From: Candidatus Aminicenantales bacterium
Lineage (GTDB): Bacteria; Acidobacteriota; Aminicenantia; Aminicenantales; Saccharicenantaceae
Assembly: GCA_049512315.1 (NCBI GenBank)
Contig: JBEKXF010000010.1
Location: forward strand, 62,001 to 126,000
Direction of reading: 5' to 3'
Length of the DNA stretch: 64,000 nt
Below the pieces are notes generated by a model. That model had not been told where the DNA came from, searched no databases, and saw only the letters and a list, made by a program, of their open reading frames with translations. Both the position numbers and the translations under genes were made by a program. Below, in pieces: positions 35,716 through 45,920 of this stretch (position 1 is its first letter; each line of letters opens with the position of its first letter).

Positions 35716-37794
35716 ATGAAGGCCATCGATTTCTACTACCAGATAAAGCCCGTCATCCCTCGGAGGCTCCAGATCTATATGAGACGGGTGATCGCAGCAC
35801 AAAAACGGAAGGTCACGACGGGCACGTGGCCGATCAACCCAGCCGCGGCGAAACCGCCCCAGGATTGGACCGGATGGCCCGAAAAAAAGAAGTTTGCCCT
35901 GGTCCTGCAACACGATGTCGACAGCCTGAGGGGCCTCACCCGGTGCCTCAAGCTGATGGACCTGGAAAGACAATTAGGTTTCCGGTCTTCCTTCAACTTC
36001 GTTCCGGAAGATTACCCCACGCCCTCCCGTGTGATCCGTACTCTTTCCGAAGCGGGTTTCGAAATCGGCGTGCACGGGCTCAAGCATGACGGAAAGCTCT
36101 TCAGGCAGCCGGCGGAATTCTGCGCCAAAGTGCCGCGGATCAATCACTACCTCAGAAAATGGGGGGGGGTCGGATTCACCTCGCCGTCGATGCTCAGTAA
36201 ATTGAATTGGATCGCGGAGTTGGATATCGAGCACGCCTGCTCGACATTCGACACCGATCCTTTTGAGCCCCAGTCGGGAGGCGTCAGCTCCATTTTCCCG
36301 TTCCTGGCAAGCAACGATGCCAAAACGAGAACGTACGTGGAGTTACCGTACACCCTGCCTCAGGACCACGGGCTTCTCGTCATCCTGAAGGAAGAGAACA
36401 TCGGGATCTGGAAACAGAAAATCGACTGGATCGCGGAAAACGGCGGCATGGCGGCGCTCAATACGCATCCCGATTACATGAGCTTCGATGGAGCGGAGCC
36501 GGGCCGGGAAGAATATCCCGTAGCGCACTACCTCGAATTTCTCAACTATATCCAGACGCGATACGCAGGCCAGTATTGGCATGTCCTGCCGCGGGACATG
36601 GCCCGATACTGGCGGACGACGGCCGCCGCGAAAAGCCAGGAAAGGCTGGCGACGAAAAAGTCCAAGCGCTTGCCGCCTGAAGGCCTGCTCCAGCGAAACC
36701 TGGGACCGGTGACGCCGGGCGTGAAGATCTGGATCGATCTCGACAACACGCCCCATGTCCCGTTCTTCATCCCCATCATCCGTGAATTGGAGCGGCGTGG
36801 CCACGAGGTGGTCCTGACTGCCCGCGACGCCTTCCAGGTCTGTGACCTCGCGGAAGAGAAGGGCCTGCGCTTTCTGAAGGTCGGACGCCACTATGGAAAA
36901 AACCCGATCATGAAGATCACCGGCCTGGTGTTGCGGTCGTTCCAGCTGCTGCCCTTCTATCTGCATCAGAGGCCCGGCCTGTCCCTTTCCCACGGGGCCC
37001 GCTCCCAGAACCTCCTCAGCAACCTGATGGGCGTGCCGACGGTCCTCATCGTGGACTACGAGCACGCGCGGACCGCGCCGCTCACTCATCCCCGCTGGAC
37101 GATCGTTCCCGACGCCTTATCGCCGGAAGGCCTGCCCTCGAATGTCAGTCACATTCGCTATTATCAGGGCATTAAGGAGGACGTCTACGCCCCCGAATTC
37201 AAGCCGGCGTCTTCGCTCATGGAGGAATTGGGCCTGCGGGATGACGAAATGATCGTCACCGTGCGTCCCCCGGCGAACGAAGCGCACTACTACAACCCCG
37301 AAAGCGACTTGCTGTTCCACGAGCTCATGGCAAGGATCTGCCAAACTCCGGGAGTCCGGGCCGTCCTCCTGCCGCGTAATGCCCAACAGGAACAAACCCT
37401 TCGGGCGAAATACCCGGGCTGGTTCGAAGACGCCAGGACGGTCATCCCATCGCGGGCCGTGGACGGGCTCGACCTGCTCTGGATCTCCGATTTCGTCGTC
37501 AGCGGCGGCGGGACCATGAACCGCGAGGCCGCCGCCCTGGGCATCCCCGTTTACAGCATTTTCCGCGGCAAAACGGGAGCCGTGGACCTCATGTTGGAAC
37601 AGCAGGGCCGCTTGAGCCTGATCCGCGACAAAGACGAGGTCTGGTCCAAGATCCTGTTCGTTCGTCGAGATAAGAATCGCCCGCCGGACAACGCGCCCCG
37701 GGCGGCCCTGAAGGACATCGTCGATCACGTCGAGGACATCATCCGGGTCGAGCGCGTGCGCCCCTGCGGCAAGGGGAAGGGCCGAAAGGCCTGA
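35716..37794 (+). CDS. Fusion of a polysaccharide deacetylase-like (CE4/NodB) domain and a DUF354 GT-B-like domain
   Basis: N half LQHDVD, EIGVHG, ELPYTL, NTHPDY; C half KIWIDLDNTPHV, SHGARS, SGGGTMNREAA. Confidence 0.75.
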   Translation: MKAIDFYYQIKPVIPRRLQIYMRRVIAAQKRKVTTGTWPINPAAAKPPQDWTGWPEKKKFALVLQHDVDSLRGLTRCLKLMDLERQLGFRSSFNFVPEDYPTPSRVIRTLSEAGFEIGVHGLKHDGKLFRQPAEFCAKVPRINHYLRKWGGVGFTSPSMLSKLNWIAELDIEHACSTFDTDPFEPQSGGVSSIFPFLASNDAKTRTYVELPYTLPQDHGLLVILKEENIGIWKQKIDWIAENGGMAALNTHPDYMSFDGAEPGREEYPVAHYLEFLNYIQTRYAGQYWHVLPRDMARYWRTTAAAKSQERLATKKSKRLPPEGLLQRNLGPVTPGVKIWIDLDNTPHVPFFIPIIRELERRGHEVVLTARDAFQVCDLAEEKGLRFLKVGRHYGKNPIMKITGLVLRSFQLLPFYLHQRPGLSLSHGARSQNLLSNLMGVPTVLIVDYEHARTAPLTHPRWTIVPDALSPEGLPSNVSHIRYYQGIKEDVYAPEFKPASSLMEELGLRDDEMIVTVRPPANEAHYYNPESDLLFHELMARICQTPGVRAVLLPRNAQQEQTLRAKYPGWFEDARTVIPSRAVDGLDLLWISDFVVSGGGTMNREAAALGIPVYSIFRGKTGAVDLMLEQQGRLSLIRDKDEVWSKILFVRRDKNRPPDNAPRAALKDIVDHVEDIIRVERVRPCGKGKGRKA

Positions 37795-37825
37795 ACGGAC
37801 CGAACGCGTATTGGAGAGCTTGTCC

Positions 37826-38938
37826 ATGAAGAGCATCAAGGTGATCGTGGTCGCGGGCGCGCGACCGAATTTCATGAAAGTCGGGCCTTTCATGAGGCAG
37901 ATCGTCTCGTACAACGAAGCCAAGGGCCCGCAAGCGCCGCGGGTCGATGCCGTGCTCGTGCACACCGGCCAGCATTACGACGAGAACATGTCCCAGGTCT
38001 TCTTCCGGGAGCTCGGGATACGCCGGCCGGACATCAACCTCGGCGTGGGCTCGGGAACGCACGCCTTCCAAACGGCCGGCATTCTGACAAGCTTCGAAGC
38101 CGTGTGCGGGCGGGAAAGGCCGGACTGGGTCGTGGTCGTCGGGGACGTCAACTCGACGATGGCCTGCACCCTCGTCTGCGCGAAAATGGGCATCCGCGTC
38201 GCCCACATCGAAGCGGGCCTGCGCAGTTTCGACCGGACCATGCCCGAGGAGATCAACCGCCTCGTCACTGATGCGCTGGCCGACTTGCTTCTGACCCCCT
38301 CGGAAGACGCCGGCGCGCACCTGCTCCGGGAAGGGGTGGCCGCGGAGAAGATCAAGTTTGTCGGTAACATCATGATCGATTCCCTGGTGGACAACCTCCC
38401 CAAGGCGCGCTCCAGCGGCACCCTGGGCCAGCTCAAGCTCGAGCCTGCCCGATATGTCTACGTCACCCTTCATCGGCCGGCCAACGTGGATGCCCGGTCC
38501 AACCTGGGGACCCTCATGGCCGGCTTGGAGGAATTATCGCGGCGTCTGCCCGTGGTCTTCCCCGTCCATCCCCGCACCCGCAAGATGCTCACGGAATTCA
38601 AGCTCATGCCTCATTCCGACAACCGGCTGCTCCTGCTCGAGCCCCTAGGCTATCACGCCTCGCTCTCCCTGACGGAGAACGCGAGGGCCGTCTTGACGGA
38701 CTCCGGGGGTCTCCAGGAAGAAGCTACGTTCTTTCGGACTCCTTGCCTCACCCTCCGGCCCAACACGGAACGGCCGATCACATTGACTTTGGGAAGCAAC
38801 CGCCTCACAAAGCTCGAGAGTCTTCTCGACGACATCGATCAGGTGCTTGACGGCCCGGAGCGCAAGGGACAAGTGCCGCCGCTCTGGGACGGCCATACCG
38901 CGGAAAGGGCGCTCAAGGAGCTGCTCGCGGCCGCGTGA
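37826..38938 (+). CDS. wecB: UDP-N-acetylglucosamine 2-epimerase (non-hydrolysing)
   Basis: GARPNFMK, HTGQHY, GDVNST, HIEAGLRS, PEEINR, TDSGGLQEE. Confidence 0.95.
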   Translation: MKSIKVIVVAGARPNFMKVGPFMRQIVSYNEAKGPQAPRVDAVLVHTGQHYDENMSQVFFRELGIRRPDINLGVGSGTHAFQTAGILTSFEAVCGRERPDWVVVVGDVNSTMACTLVCAKMGIRVAHIEAGLRSFDRTMPEEINRLVTDALADLLLTPSEDAGAHLLREGVAAEKIKFVGNIMIDSLVDNLPKARSSGTLGQLKLEPARYVYVTLHRPANVDARSNLGTLMAGLEELSRRLPVVFPVHPRTRKMLTEFKLMPHSDNRLLLLEPLGYHASLSLTENARAVLTDSGGLQEEATFFRTPCLTLRPNTERPITLTLGSNRLTKLESLLDDIDQVLDGPERKGQVPPLWDGHTAERALKELLAAA

Positions 38939-40155
38939 AGCTGAGAGACACGCGCGAAGTGAACAAGCCTCAAGACGCTTTGATGACCACGAAGAGCACC
39001 GCGCTCAAGCTGCTGGCCTATTGCCGGGCGAACGGATGGGCGGGCTACGATCCCTACGACGCCCTCAATAGCCGCGTCTTCAAGGCCCTCCCCTTCCTGA
39101 ATTTCAGGCTGGCCCGACTGGCGCTGACCCAAGGCGTCAAACGCTGCCCGGTCAACCTCAGACGGCTGTTGCTCGTGCCCAAGACGCCCAATCCCAAGGG
39201 GATCGCGCTCTTCCTGTCCTCGCTCGTCCGGTTGACGAAAAGCGGCCTGGCCGACGGAACCGAGTCGATCGGCCCGATGGCCGACAAGCTCCTGGCGCTG
39301 CGCTCGCCCGGCCGGCCCTCTTCGTGCTGGGGCTACAATTTCGATTGGCAGCAGAGGTCGGCGCTCGTTCCGAAGGCCTCCCCCAACATCATCTGCTCGA
39401 CGTTCGCCGGTAACGCCCTGCTCGACGCCCATGAGCAGGCGCCGGAGCCCTCGTGGCTGAGCGCGGCGGTGAGCGCCGCCGAGTTCATCCTGAATGACCT
39501 CTTTTGGCGGGAAGGCGGCTCGAAAGCCTGCTTCAATTACACGCTCGTGGGCCGGGACGAGGTCCACAACGCCAATCTCCTGGGCGCCGCGTTCCTATGC
39601 CGGGTCGGCCGGATCTCGGGCGAGAAGAAGTACATCGGGCCCGCCCTCGACGCCACGCGCTACTCCGTCGCCAGGCAGCACCCGGACGGCGCCTGGGATT
39701 ACGGCGAGGCGCCGGCCCAACGATGGATCGACAACTTCCACACGGGCTTCAATCTCGTCGCCCTGCGACGTATCCATGACTATACGGGAACAACGGAGTT
39801 CGAGCCAGCCATTCGCCGAGGCTTCGATTTTTACAGAGCCCATTTTTTCCGGGAGGACGGCGCGCCGCGGTACTATTACGACGGCACCTACCCGATCGAT
39901 ATCCACAGCGTCGCTCAAAGCTTGATCACGCTGACCGAGCTCCGGGATCTTGGGAAAGACAACGTCGACCTCGCACACTCCGTCCTCGGCTGGGCGCTGA
40001 GGAACATGTGGGACAACGGGGGTTTCTTCTACTTCCAGAAGCATGCCCGCTTTACGGTACGCACCTCGTTCATGAGGTGGTCCCAGGCGTGGATGCTCTT
40101 GGCGCTGGCCACCCTTCTCGATGGACCGGAGGGCCGGGGAGAGACAGTTCCATGA
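38935..40155 (+). CDS. (alpha/alpha)6-barrel protein of polysaccharide loci, function unknown
   Basis: GYDPYDALNS, WGYNFDW, VHNANLLGA, QHPDGAWDY, WIDNFHTG, MRWSQAW; six-hairpin-like helical repeats. Confidence 0.65.
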   Translation: MKLRDTREVNKPQDALMTTKSTALKLLAYCRANGWAGYDPYDALNSRVFKALPFLNFRLARLALTQGVKRCPVNLRRLLLVPKTPNPKGIALFLSSLVRLTKSGLADGTESIGPMADKLLALRSPGRPSSCWGYNFDWQQRSALVPKASPNIICSTFAGNALLDAHEQAPEPSWLSAAVSAAEFILNDLFWREGGSKACFNYTLVGRDEVHNANLLGAAFLCRVGRISGEKKYIGPALDATRYSVARQHPDGAWDYGEAPAQRWIDNFHTGFNLVALRRIHDYTGTTEFEPAIRRGFDFYRAHFFREDGAPRYYYDGTYPIDIHSVAQSLITLTELRDLGKDNVDLAHSVLGWALRNMWDNGGFFYFQKHARFTVRTSFMRWSQAWMLLALATLLDGPEGRGETVP

Positions 40156-41162
40156 TCGAGTGCATCTTCACGGTCGATTACGAGATTTACGGTAACGGCG
40201 AGGGTTCGCTGAGGGAATTGGTCCATGAGCCGGCCGAGAAGCTGAAAGCCGTTTTCCGGAAGTGGAACGCGCGCTGCGTGGTTTTCGTCGAGGCCGCGGA
40301 GCTGGAGATCATCGGATCCGAGCGCGCGGACCCGGCCATCGACCTGGTCGAGCGGCAGATCCGCGAATTCCATGGAGAGGGATTCGAGGTCGGGCTTCAC
40401 TTGCATCCGCAGTGGTACAACGCCCGTCACAACGATGCCCAATGGCAGCTTGATTATGGCGAATATAACCTGTGTCGTCTTTCCCCCGAACGGATCGACC
40501 AGATCATCGATCGCTCCATCGCGTATCTCCGAGGGGTCCTTGGGGCGCCCGGCTACAACCCCCTTTCCTTTCGGGCCGGAAATTGGCTCTTACAGCCCGC
40601 CGCGGCCGCGGCGAAATCCCTCGCTGGGCACGGCGTTAAGGTTGACTCCTCTGTCTTTAAGGGCGGACTGCAACACCAGCACAATCTCGATTACCGCAGG
40701 TCGCGCAAGAACGGATATTATTGGGCGTTCTCTGAAGACGTCAACGTTCCTGACCCCCGAGGGATCCTGCTCGAAATGCCGACGTTCACCAGGATGGTCC
40801 CGATATGGAAGATGTTCACCGCCAAGCGAATCGGCTTGCAGCAAAAGGGACCGGCGAGTGCCCAACGTCCCCAAAAACGGCTGGCCCGTCTGAGGGATTT
40901 CTCACGGTTCCGCCATCCGATGAAGCTCGATTTCTGCCGTTTGACGGCGGCGGAAATGATCCGGATGTTCGACCGGGAATTGGAGAAGGATCGAAGGGAT
41001 CCCGCTCTCTTCCGGCCCATCGTCGCCATCGGCCACACGAAGGACCTGGGCGAGCTCGACGCCGTCGAATCCTTCCTGTCCTATCTTCGAGGCAAGGGAG
41101 TCCCTGTTTCGACCTTCAGGGACGTCCATGATAAGATCATGAGGCGGAACGAACGATCATGA
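40152..41162 (+). CDS. Polysaccharide deacetylase-like protein
   Basis: FTVDYE, VGLHLHP, FRAGNW, VDSS, IGHTK; ATGA overlap with the upstream gene. Confidence 0.78.
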   Translation: MIECIFTVDYEIYGNGEGSLRELVHEPAEKLKAVFRKWNARCVVFVEAAELEIIGSERADPAIDLVERQIREFHGEGFEVGLHLHPQWYNARHNDAQWQLDYGEYNLCRLSPERIDQIIDRSIAYLRGVLGAPGYNPLSFRAGNWLLQPAAAAAKSLAGHGVKVDSSVFKGGLQHQHNLDYRRSRKNGYYWAFSEDVNVPDPRGILLEMPTFTRMVPIWKMFTAKRIGLQQKGPASAQRPQKRLARLRDFSRFRHPMKLDFCRLTAAEMIRMFDRELEKDRRDPALFRPIVAIGHTKDLGELDAVESFLSYLRGKGVPVSTFRDVHDKIMRRNERS

Positions 41163-41365
41163 CTTACGTCCTCATCACTCCGATCAATCAGATGAGCTCG
41201 AAGCTCCTGCTCCTCTCCGGGTTTCTCCTTCTGTCCGGATACTTCTGGGGGATGATCTCCCATCCCCCCAAGCCGGTCTCGGAGGAATTCGTCCGATTCA
41301 GGAGAAAAGAGCAAACGCGTTGGCTGAAAGACTACTATCGAAAGGCCTTGGCCCCTCTTCAATAG
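41159..41365 (+). pseudogene. Internally deleted GT2 glycosyltransferase (only extreme N- and C-termini left, in frame)
   Basis: MTYVLITP joined directly to a QMSSK...GYFWG...PVSEEFVRFRRKEQ tail; ATGA coupling kept. Confidence 0.65.
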
Positions 41366-41391
41366 AAGATTAAAACGGTGAGAAGGATACG

Positions 41392-42381
41392 ATGAGAGTT
41401 CAACCCGTCGAAATCAACTGGCACCCCGACCTTCCCATTTTTGCCAAGGAATCTTTCTTGAAGGCGGTCAGCGACGAATACGGCTGGCTTGGCGGATTTT
41501 CGGAACCGGGCGAGCTCAGATGCGTGCTGCCTTACACGATTATCCGCAAAGCGATTTTTCGCATGGTCCGCTTCCGGGTCGAGACGATTCCCATGGCCCA
41601 GGTTTTCGACGTCTCCGAGGAGAAGGACTTCTTAAACGGAACCATCAAATATCTCCGGTCGATCGGCGCCGACATGGTCATTCCGGCGACGACGAACACG
41701 ATTTTCCGGACTTATCCGGACGGGGCCGACGCCGCCCCCTATGGGAGTTATATCATCGACTTAAGCCAGCCCGAAGATGTCCTTTGGAGGAATGTTGCCA
41801 AAATCAGCCGCCAGAATATCGGCACCGCGACAAAAAGCGGCGTAACCATCCGAGCGGGGGCGGAGTACATTGACATCTCTTATGCGCTCGTAAGGGAAAC
41901 ATTCAAAAGATCGAAACTGCCGTTCATGAGCCATGCGGCATTCCAACGTTATGTGGCAGGGCTTGGCGAATATGGCAAGGTCACGGTTGCCGACTACCAG
42001 GGCACCGTTCAAAGCTCCACGCTGTACGCGTTCAGCAACCACTGCGCGTATGCCATCTATGGAGGTAATCTCGCTGAAACGCATCAAGGCACCATGAAGC
42101 TGCTTCAGTGGGAAGCCATGCGCCAATTTCAGAAGCTGGGAGTCCGGCGTTTTGATTTCGTGGGGGCAAGAATTAACCCGGAACCTGGCTCAAAGCAAGA
42201 GGCGCTCAACTCGTTCAAGAGGCGCTTTGGGGCAACTCTCAAACAAGGCTATATGTGGAAGTACTCCCTTCATCCCCTGAAATATCGCCTCTATGGCCTA
42301 GCTGCCCGTCTCCGCAGCGGTGGAGATATCGTCGATGCCGAGAGGCATAAGTTGAAAAGCTCCGGCACCGGAGACACATGA
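41392..42381 (+). CDS. FemAB/FemX-like GNAT-fold transferase
   Basis: GSYIIDLSQPEDVLW, LLQWEAM, RRFDFVG, FKRRFG. Confidence 0.82.
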   Translation: MRVQPVEINWHPDLPIFAKESFLKAVSDEYGWLGGFSEPGELRCVLPYTIIRKAIFRMVRFRVETIPMAQVFDVSEEKDFLNGTIKYLRSIGADMVIPATTNTIFRTYPDGADAAPYGSYIIDLSQPEDVLWRNVAKISRQNIGTATKSGVTIRAGAEYIDISYALVRETFKRSKLPFMSHAAFQRYVAGLGEYGKVTVADYQGTVQSSTLYAFSNHCAYAIYGGNLAETHQGTMKLLQWEAMRQFQKLGVRRFDFVGARINPEPGSKQEALNSFKRRFGATLKQGYMWKYSLHPLKYRLYGLAARLRSGGDIVDAERHKLKSSGTGDT

Positions 42382-42388
42382 GGCGTTG

Positions 42389-43509
42389 ATGGCAGGTCTA
42401 ATACCGACGGAACTCCGCCGGGGCTCGGCGATGGGATTCCCGTCAGGTCGGCGAGAGCGGCGGTGATCGTCGCCATCCAAGCTCTCGGCATCCGGCCGGG
42501 CTCGAAGATCGGAGTGCCTCTCTATTGTTGCCCGGTCGTATTCAAGGCCGTTAGGGCCGCGGGTTGCGTGCCCCGATTTCTCGACATAGATCCCGAGACC
42601 TTCTGTCTCTCCTCCGAGGACCTGCGGACGAAGCATTTGGGCATCGATGCCCTCATCGCGGTTCACATGTTCGGGAACCTCTGCGACATGCCGAAGGTCC
42701 TCGAGATCATGGAAGGCAAGCCGGTGATCGAGGATTGCGCCCAGTCTCTCGGAAGCACGCTCGACGGCCGGGCATGCGGGTCATTCGGAGATATTTCTTT
42801 CTTCAGCTTCCGGTCAGGGAAATACCTCTCCGTGGGCGAGGGCGGGGCGCTGTTTTCGGAGAATAAGGACCTCCGCGCCCGTATCTCCGAGCTGACCTCG
42901 GCCTTGCCTGTCCCCACCCGCGCCAAGGAGATAAAGCATGTCATTACGACCTATATCAGGTCGAAGCTCCGCAGCCGGCCCCTATGGGGACTGGTGGGTT
43001 CCCGGGTATGGGCCGTTTACAACAAAAGGACCGAGTTCGCGGACAAGTCGCCTATTGTCCTAAGCCGCGTCTTCGCATCGGACTTGGCAACGGCCCGCAG
43101 GCGGATGCCCCAACTGGATTCCATGATCGCATCGCAACGGGCCCACGCCGAATATTTCGAGCACAATCTGAAATTGGACCCTGGCATGCTGTGCCGCGAA
43201 AGGCCCCGGACCCATTACAATCGCTTTATGTATCCCATCATCCTTCCGTCCACCGCGCAGCGGGACATGATGGCGGCCTATCTCCGGAGCCATGGAGTCG
43301 GCACATCGAGACCTTACGAAGAAGTCATAACGGGCGCCGCCGAGCAATATGGCTATGAAGGCGATTGTCCGTCGGCCGAGCGCACGCTGAGAAGAACGCT
43401 GGTCATCCCCAGCTTTTACACACTCAAACCCAATGATATCGAGCGCATAGTCCGAAGTGTGAACCAAGGACAATCTAGTTCCGACGAAGATCCGGGAACT
43501 CATCCCTGA
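42389..43509 (+). CDS. DegT/DnrJ/EryC1 sugar aminotransferase; 5' end probably frameshifted
   Basis: AVHMFG, IEDCAQS, SFRSGK PLP lysine; the SD-supported ATG 42389 (MAGLIPTE) is out of frame with the body, whose first in-frame start is GTG 42463. Confidence 0.75.
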
Positions 43510-44437
43510 TCTTGTCGGAGACCATTTTAGAGAACAACCTCGCCCCCGGATCGTTCAAATGCCCGGAATCCGCGAAGAGTTCATAATGACCGAGAAAATC
43601 AGGGTTATTGATATAGCTGATTAATATAATAGAGTTTCTGTTGGTGATGGAGCGTATTTTTTCCACTGAATCATCCTGCGATGTATCGGTATATTCGAGA
43701 GTCGGCGAAAACGCAAATACGAGGCGGACATTCCTTTTCTTCGCGTTTAAAGCGAACTGTTCAAGCGCGGCAATCAAGTTCTTATCGAACGGCCTAGGCC
43801 TTCGCACCGGGGGTTGCTCGTCCTCCCTCCGGACCTGAACGGTTTGCTCCGGCCGCGGCAGTTGGACTAATGTCGCCTGGTACCCTTTCCGGTCCCTTTG
43901 CGGTGCGAGCCAGTACTTTACGACGTGAACGATCGTCGAATTATATTGATATAACCTTGATTTGAGAAAATACTCAGTCAGCCCAGACTTTAGCGCGAGA
44001 ACTTTCCCGATGATATCGGGGTGCTTATAGTAGAAGGGATGGAGATCGGACAGCCTATCGTAATGGTATGGATCTTGATAGAATCCCCATGTATCGATAT
44101 CCAAGATCATTATTTTAGGTGTCGTTCTTTGGAGCACGATTTCCTGCAAGGTCTTATGGACCAATATCTGTTGCCCAGCAACACCCGCGTTGTAGCAGGA
44201 CAGGCCCAGTTCCTTTTCAAATACGTCGGGAACATAGTGGGCGGCCGCGTGCGAGCTGCCAAAAATGATAACCTCGTCGGTCGATACATCCATCGTATAG
44301 TTGATCCGGTAGAATTTCCCCGATTTCTGCTGAAAAAAGACGTACCGTTGGATTTCGCCAAAAATAAAATCGATAAGAAATATGCAGACGATGACCTTGA
44401 TGGATTTTGTTACGAGGAGCAATATCTGCCTATTCAT
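43475..44437 (-). CDS. SGNH-fold AlgJ/DltD-like partner of the MBOAT
   Basis: N-terminal TM, FGSSHA, NAGVAG, DSGHLN (DxxH). Confidence 0.72.
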   Translation of the reverse strand: MNRQILLLVTKSIKVIVCIFLIDFIFGEIQRYVFFQQKSGKFYRINYTMDVSTDEVIIFGSSHAAAHYVPDVFEKELGLSCYNAGVAGQQILVHKTLQEIVLQRTTPKIMILDIDTWGFYQDPYHYDRLSDLHPFYYKHPDIIGKVLALKSGLTEYFLKSRLYQYNSTIVHVVKYWLAPQRDRKGYQATLVQLPRPEQTVQVRREDEQPPVRRPRPFDKNLIAALEQFALNAKKRNVRLVFAFSPTLEYTDTSQDDSVEKIRSITNRNSIILISYINNPDFLGHYELFADSGHLNDPGARLFSKMVSDKIRDEFPDLRRN

Positions 44438-44443
44438 CTTTGA

Positions 44444-45889
44444 TCAGAACTGCGCATAGATGAACTGCCCGCCGTCGAAAACTCCGAGTGAAAGGATAAG
44501 CGCGATGATCGCCGCGTAAGAGAATACCCGGACGAGCTCGCGTTCGTTGTTAAAGAAGGAAAACCAGGACGGAAAAAATTCCTGCTTGAGTTCCATCACG
44601 AGCAAGATGAGGATGGCCATGCCTGTATAAATCGGCGCGACAATATCCGAACCTTGTGGGATAAAAAGCGAACCCGGTTTGGTGAATATTTTGCCGACAA
44701 TGGCAAACGCATCAGAGATTGAGGCCGCCCGGAAAAATATCCAGGTGAATAGGACCAGGATGTACGTGATGCCGATGTTCAAGAGCCGGCGCTTTGTTTT
44801 CAATCCCAGGATATTCTCGACGGCCAGGTAGAAACCGTGCAGGCACCCCCAAGCGATAAACGTCCAATTCGCACCATGCCAAAGACCGCAGAGGAAGAAC
44901 GTGATAAAAATGGCACAGAAATAGATGATCCTGTCCGTCCGGATAGACAGATATTTTTCCTTTTTCAACATTCGGGAGAAAGAATAGGCCACAGGGAGAA
45001 AGATGTAGTCTCTCAGCCAAGTGGAAAGCGATATGTGCCATCTGCGCCAGAAATCCTTGATCGAGGCGGCAAAGAAGGGTCGGTTGAAATTCTGCAGGAT
45101 ATCGATGCCCAGAAGCTTGGCGGACCCGATGGCGACGTATGAATATCCGGCAAAGTCGCTGTAGATTTGAAAACTGAAGAATATCGTCGCGACTAGAAAG
45201 GTAAGGCCGGAGTGCTTACCAGCGTTGGCATAAACCGCGTTCACGTAGATCGCCGCCCTGTCGGCGACCACCAACTTGTAGAATAATCCCAGAATAATAA
45301 GCTTCGCCCCCTTGGAAATATTCTCGTAAGAAAAGACGATTTTGTTCTTACGCTCCAACTGCGGCAGCAGGTGTCCCGAGCGCTCGATGGGTCCTGACAA
45401 GACGATCGGGAAAAAAGAAACGTACACGGCGAACGTCCCAAAATGCCGTTCCGGTCTCACTCTCCCATGATAGACATCCAGGATATAGCCGATGGTCTGA
45501 AGAGTGTAGAAGGAGATCCCGATGGGCATGATGATATTCAGAAGAGGGCTCTTGACGAAGAAACCCGCTCCCCGCAGGATGTCCTGGATGGAGGCGGAGA
45601 AGAAGTTGAAATACTTGAAAAAAAACAGCAGCCCCAGGCCCGAAGCAAGCGATATCAGCAGGAACTTGCGTCTTCTCCTCTTCTCGTCCTGACGGGCCAT
45701 GACGACAGCGACAAAATAGTTGATGACCGTGGTCCCTACGATGACGAAGAGATACACCGGTTTCCAGGAGGCATAGAAATAATAGCTGGCCAATAATAAC
45801 AATACCCATCGATAGCGAGACCCGACCACGTAATAGAGGAGCACGACGATCGATAAAAAGGCCAGGTAATAAAGGGAGTTGAATTTCAT
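44444..45889 (-). CDS. MBOAT O-acyltransferase, AlgI/PatA-like
   Basis: PIGISFYT, FFP...GPIER, DFAGYS, FWRRWHISLS, GLWHGA catalytic His. Confidence 0.92.
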   Translation of the reverse strand: MKFNSLYYLAFLSIVVLLYYVVGSRYRWVLLLLASYYFYASWKPVYLFVIVGTTVINYFVAVVMARQDEKRRRRKFLLISLASGLGLLFFFKYFNFFSASIQDILRGAGFFVKSPLLNIIMPIGISFYTLQTIGYILDVYHGRVRPERHFGTFAVYVSFFPIVLSGPIERSGHLLPQLERKNKIVFSYENISKGAKLIILGLFYKLVVADRAAIYVNAVYANAGKHSGLTFLVATIFFSFQIYSDFAGYSYVAIGSAKLLGIDILQNFNRPFFAASIKDFWRRWHISLSTWLRDYIFLPVAYSFSRMLKKEKYLSIRTDRIIYFCAIFITFFLCGLWHGANWTFIAWGCLHGFYLAVENILGLKTKRRLLNIGITYILVLFTWIFFRAASISDAFAIVGKIFTKPGSLFIPQGSDIVAPIYTGMAILILLVMELKQEFFPSWFSFFNNERELVRVFSYAAIIALILSLGVFDGGQFIYAQF

Positions 45890-45920
45890 CTTCGCGAGTA
45901 TTCCAAACTTCGACAACCCC

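Noticed and set aside
42379..42381. Selenocysteine/read-through TGA fusing FemAB and DegT
   Set aside because: Not at a catalytic Cys position, no recognisable SECIS, and the separate SD+ATG at 42389 points to a frameshifted independent gene
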